DNA of 57,073 bases, filler included, from Platydemus manokwari (taxonomy: Eukaryota), in NCBI GenBank assembly GCA_037951405.1. It is 5 parts of 5 records of this genome, joined end to end, with 100 filler letters (N's around TTAATTAATTAA, not from the genome) between each part and the next. Parts side by side here need not be neighbours in the genome. Positions count along the whole stretch, not along the records: positions 44,391 to 57,073 come from JBBMOY010014459.1; 4 more parts are not named here. One strand, given 5' to 3'. The position numbers were made by a program, and so were the translations under genes. The notes under the pieces were generated by a model, which was not told where the DNA came from, did no database searches, and worked only from the letters and a program-made list of their open reading frames with translations. Below are positions 53,199 to 57,073 of the stretch, piece after piece (position 1 is the stretch's first letter; each line of letters starts with the position of its first letter).

Positions 53199-54619
53199 TA
53201 ATATTTACACGGTTGTAATAGTAATAATCACATTATAATAATCACCTTAAGGAATTTGAGACGATAAATTTGAATATATTATATTATTTATTTTAGCAAA
53301 CGATCGATGAATTTTTTATCTTTTAAAATAAATAATAAATTCTTGGGGGATAGATTTAATTGTATCTAATTTTTCGAATAATTCGTGACGATTAAATTCG
53401 TTTTTCAAAACGTATAAATAGGGGGTAAAACTCCATAACTCTCGCTCATTTATCATTTGAAACCACCAGCTCATAGTGCGTTGTTCTGATTTTCGATCCA
53501 TATTTGGCAGAAGCGTTTTTCTTTGATCAATTGTTCAGGTATGTGCCAATCAACGTAAGTCTGGTCTTACATAAAAAACTTCGTGAATATTTACTATTAT
53601 AGAGTTGTGTCTCACATCCTTGAAGGTGGTTTTGTTGCAAGAGTGTGCAGTTTATTAATTGGGTACCTTATCTTGAAGCTTGATAGGAATCTTCGTATAA
53701 TTGTATATTTCTATTAAACCATTTGGCTATTATAGTAATTTATAATCGGTGTTAGTTATAATTTTGGTGTCAATAAACATTTTATAAAACCCAAGTGTTT
53801 GTTATTAATTTGATTTGAGATTGATAACTTTTAAAATCATTATATATTTTTTAACATTCATTGATAATTGTTGCAGTTTGATATTGTCATCATATAGTAT
53901 TAAACGCGAGGCGCAGAAAGAAAGAAATAGGTTCAATAGTTCGTACCTAGGGCTTGATCAAAACCACAAGTGGCTGATGAAGACAACAGTGATCAACAAT
54001 AAATTAATTCGAGACTGGTAAGGTTAATAAGATTTAAACAAGCAAGCCCAAAACGTAACATATGAATTAGAATTGCCTTTGGCTCCTTTCTCATCAATTG
54101 TGTGATTATGAGGAAAATCCAAATTCAAAGGCTTTTCATCTATATTGCCTATCAGTGAAAATTCATAGCTAAACTGTTGTCGGATATTGATGACACATTT
54201 GTGGAAAGATAGGACTTTTTCTTCATAGAATTCAGGCATTTGTTGGGGTAACTCTGTTCTTGTTCTTATTGCCAAACTGGACCTCCTTTAAAGTCAGTGA
54301 TATCTTGAGTTTCTGCAGTTTTCTTAGCCTCTTGCATGGCCATCTTGGTTGAGACTACAATGCCTTTTTAATGGTGCTCTAGAATCCAAATTTTCAATTC
54401 CACTTCAAGCTTTGGTCACTTTGCTTCATGTTTTGGCTATTATTAATTCTCTTTAAGCATCTTCTTTAAATGATCTTCTTGTTTTTCCCGTGTTCTGATC
54501 ACCTTGACAGTAGGTGGAGACACAAATTCACGTTCTGCAGCTTTATTCCCATTGATTTTGGGAAATTCAACCACTTTTAGCGTGTATCTTGCAGTATAGG
54601 ATATTCGCCTTTCATTCAT
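52392..54619 (-). mobile_element. Degenerate pogo/Tigger-family transposon, interrupted by a ~1.2 kb insertion and internally deleted
   Basis: N-terminal part 54619-~54075 (RISYTARYTLKVVE...GNKAAEREF; CENP-B HTH-like region; IGNIDEKPL...TIDEKGAK) continues at ~52855-52745 (AHEKSHFIYVFSCMADMTKLLPLLIFKRKTMPK), then jumps to the C-terminus (VKTSWD...SFKKTGISNALDGSEDD, acidic tail). TA-CCGTA...TAAGACCC-type terminus at ~52390. Confidence 0.88.
53144..53200. repeat. (AAT)n microsatellite
   Basis: Direct read of the sequence. Confidence 0.9.
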
Positions 54620-56629
54620 TTTACGGGAATAAAAAAATTGATCACAAATTTGGTAGCTGAAATATCCATTTGTTGTGTAGCATCATAAAGCAGCTGAATA
54701 ACGGTAGAAAACTAGCTAATCACACACATTAACGGGTGATCCAGCAAGCCAAGTTGCTGACTACTCATATTAGATTATATTAGATTAAAAACAACAATGC
54801 TATATATGATTGTATGCTGCATGTTTCTCTCTCATTCCTCTTTCTCTCTCTTTTAGAACAATTATACTAGTATCTACCAAAACTACAACAAAAATTAAGT
54901 CTTGGAAGGTTCAATTTATGAGTCCCTTTGTTGTATAGGGTAAAATCTATTACCATGATGAGTTTAGATCTATAAATATAGTATAGAAAGGATGATGTAG
55001 ATGGTAGAAACGTTTTACAGTAATTAGTCTTACTTTTACCATGTCACTGAACTTGATGGCCTCCCAGATAAATACTAGGCATTAAACTTCATTTCGAATA
55101 ACTTTAATCGTTATGGATCGTAAATTAATCTTTAACTTTAAGCAACAGTTCTATCATTTTCAATTTTTCAACTCACCAAATGTTCTAAGTTTTTGCCGCT
55201 ATTTGAATATATGTGAAAATTATTAATTATTTCCAATATTTAGGGTTATTCTTGTCTTATTTAAATTATTATGTGTTGTTTATTCAGGGATATAAAAATT
55301 TTAAGTTATTTTTATCTGTGGGTTAATAATAAATAAATTATAAAAAATAATGATAATCATTTCCATTATCTTAGTTAATTTCAAATGATTTTTCTGTTTT
55401 GGTTAATTTATCAATGGTTTTTTTATTCAGACCTGGTTATTTCCATCAGGATATATTAATTATTTATCATCAATTATATGCGTTATTAAACATTGTTGAT
55501 TATTATTGAGGTCATTTTTTATTCATAACTATTTTATGTATTTATAATAATAACAATAATAGTAATAATTATAATAATTATTATAATAGTAATAATAATA
55601 ATTATTAATCACACAGCAAATTATTTTTGTTTAAACGACTTCAAGATCATCGAGGAAATATCCAAGGTCAGGAGAAATTTAATTTCAAAATCTATTTCTA
55701 CTAACTAGGTCAGTATTAAAAATAAATTTAATAAATGAGGTACTTAAAACCAGTAGGATGTTACTAAATTCTTTTGAGTTACTAAAATAAGTAACAAAAT
55801 AAGACAATAAATAATACACACACATATATATGACTCATTTGACATATAAAAACAAATTCAGACATGAACACAAAAAATACGAAGCACTTTATAGTTAGTA
55901 CATAATGCTCAGTGCCTGACAAAACGTTAATTTTATTTTCATTATTGCGAACTGTCAAATTATTCCAAGCTAAGCCTTTAATATATAATTGTCAGATATA
56001 ATCGTACAGAAGCATTTTTCTACAAAATATTTCTCAAACTGATTCAGTTCTATTTTATCAGTATTGACATACTGAGTAAATTTGATTTTTATTATTGTAC
56101 TTCCACAACTATTTCGATTGTTGTGTGGTCTCTTTAAAATACCTAGGACTTTCTCTTATTTATTACCCACTTTCTTTTTTATTCACAAAGGTGTCTCTCC
56201 AAATAGTTGGGCACACCTGACTCCTTTTCCTAAAAGATCTAGCCGATAGCAATAGATATTTACAAATAGTTAGAAATTGTAAATTTAATTTAAATAACTT
56301 ATTTTTCACTCGAATTTGTATTATTTATTTATTATTTTTAATCATTTCTCATGAATTTCACAGCCACACGGACTATTCATATTTAAACTATTATCATTAT
56401 ACTTTCCGAACAACTCCTAAGTATCTAAGAGAAGCAAATCCTGTTGTAAAATAAAATCGCAACTTCCAACATAATCGTTATTGGATTATCTACTTACATC
56501 TGTCTTTTATCGTGATCATATAAAACCGAAATCTCGTTTTTATTCAATTTATTATATAAAACTAAACAATAATACATGCTTACAAAATAACGCATAAAGC
56601 TACTTATATACAAATAATTGATAAATGGT

Positions 56630-56900
56630 TTTCAATATCCCAAGCACCAACATTAGCAACGTTGCAAAAATTGATGCATCGTCTACTATTATTCAAAAGG
56701 TTGTGAATTACCTAGATGGCATACTGATATATACCGAAGCAAGGTTAGAACATAGAGTTATGTTAAAAGAAGTGTTCAGGTTTCTGGATTGAAGTTTAAT
56801 CCAGAAAAATACCTTTTCTTCATAGATGAAAGTAAATTTTTCTGTTACTTTTTAAGCATAGATGGAGTGAAAACTAACACTGATAAAATTGTTGAACTCA
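56630..56900 (+). mobile_element. Degenerate Ty3/gypsy reverse transcriptase fragment
   Basis: AP...TLQKLM...VVNYLDGILIY...EH...LKEVF...GLKFNPEKYLF...LSIDGVKTNTDKI corresponds to APxxFQxxM...YLDDILI...GLKLNxxKC...GI...K; catalytic YLDD mutated to YLDG; frameshifted. Confidence 0.8.
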
Positions 56901-57073
56901 TAATGAATACCATAATGAAAGTTTTTAATGGAATGTGTGTTGTGCAAAAAGGAAAACTGATCAAAGAAGAACAAGAAAAGTTTATCTACTGCTATATATA
57001 GCGTAATTCATATATAGGGCGGCAAATTTTAATTTTAAATATTATAAAAGTTAAGAATTTATTTAACAAAGTT

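Overview
Very AT-rich (roughly 75% A+T by eye) metazoan nuclear DNA with spliceosomal GT-AG introns, many of them tiny (41-58 nt). This is compatible with a compact invertebrate or parasite genome such as an orthonectid, which is inference only. The window is five contigs joined by artificial 100-nt spacers (N44-TTAATTAATTAA-N44), so adjacency across spacers is unproven. Host genes reconstructed by hand: an orphan intronless type I membrane protein; the 3' end of a UBR3-like N-recognin E3 ligase (-); the 3' end of a LIV-1/ZIP zinc transporter (+); a tandem pair of intronless class A GPCRs (one pseudogenised); a divergent Notch-ligand-like gene (C2/MNNL, two DSL-like repeats, one EGF, TM); the 3' end of a claudin/TMEM114-like tetraspan gene (-); and a complete 7-exon Ca2+-binding mitochondrial carrier (SCaMC, SLC25A23/24/25-like) (-). 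The rest is largely decayed mobile DNA: mariner, pogo, Ty3/gypsy remnants, a MITE, a TRIM-like miniature LTR element, dispersed repeats and microsatellites. I see no clear multi-gene novel system. The most unusual items are the tandem-DSL ligand architecture, the TRIM-like element, the orphan surface protein, the GPCR duplication with a highly conserved upstream block, and identical mariner-type ends bounding one contig.
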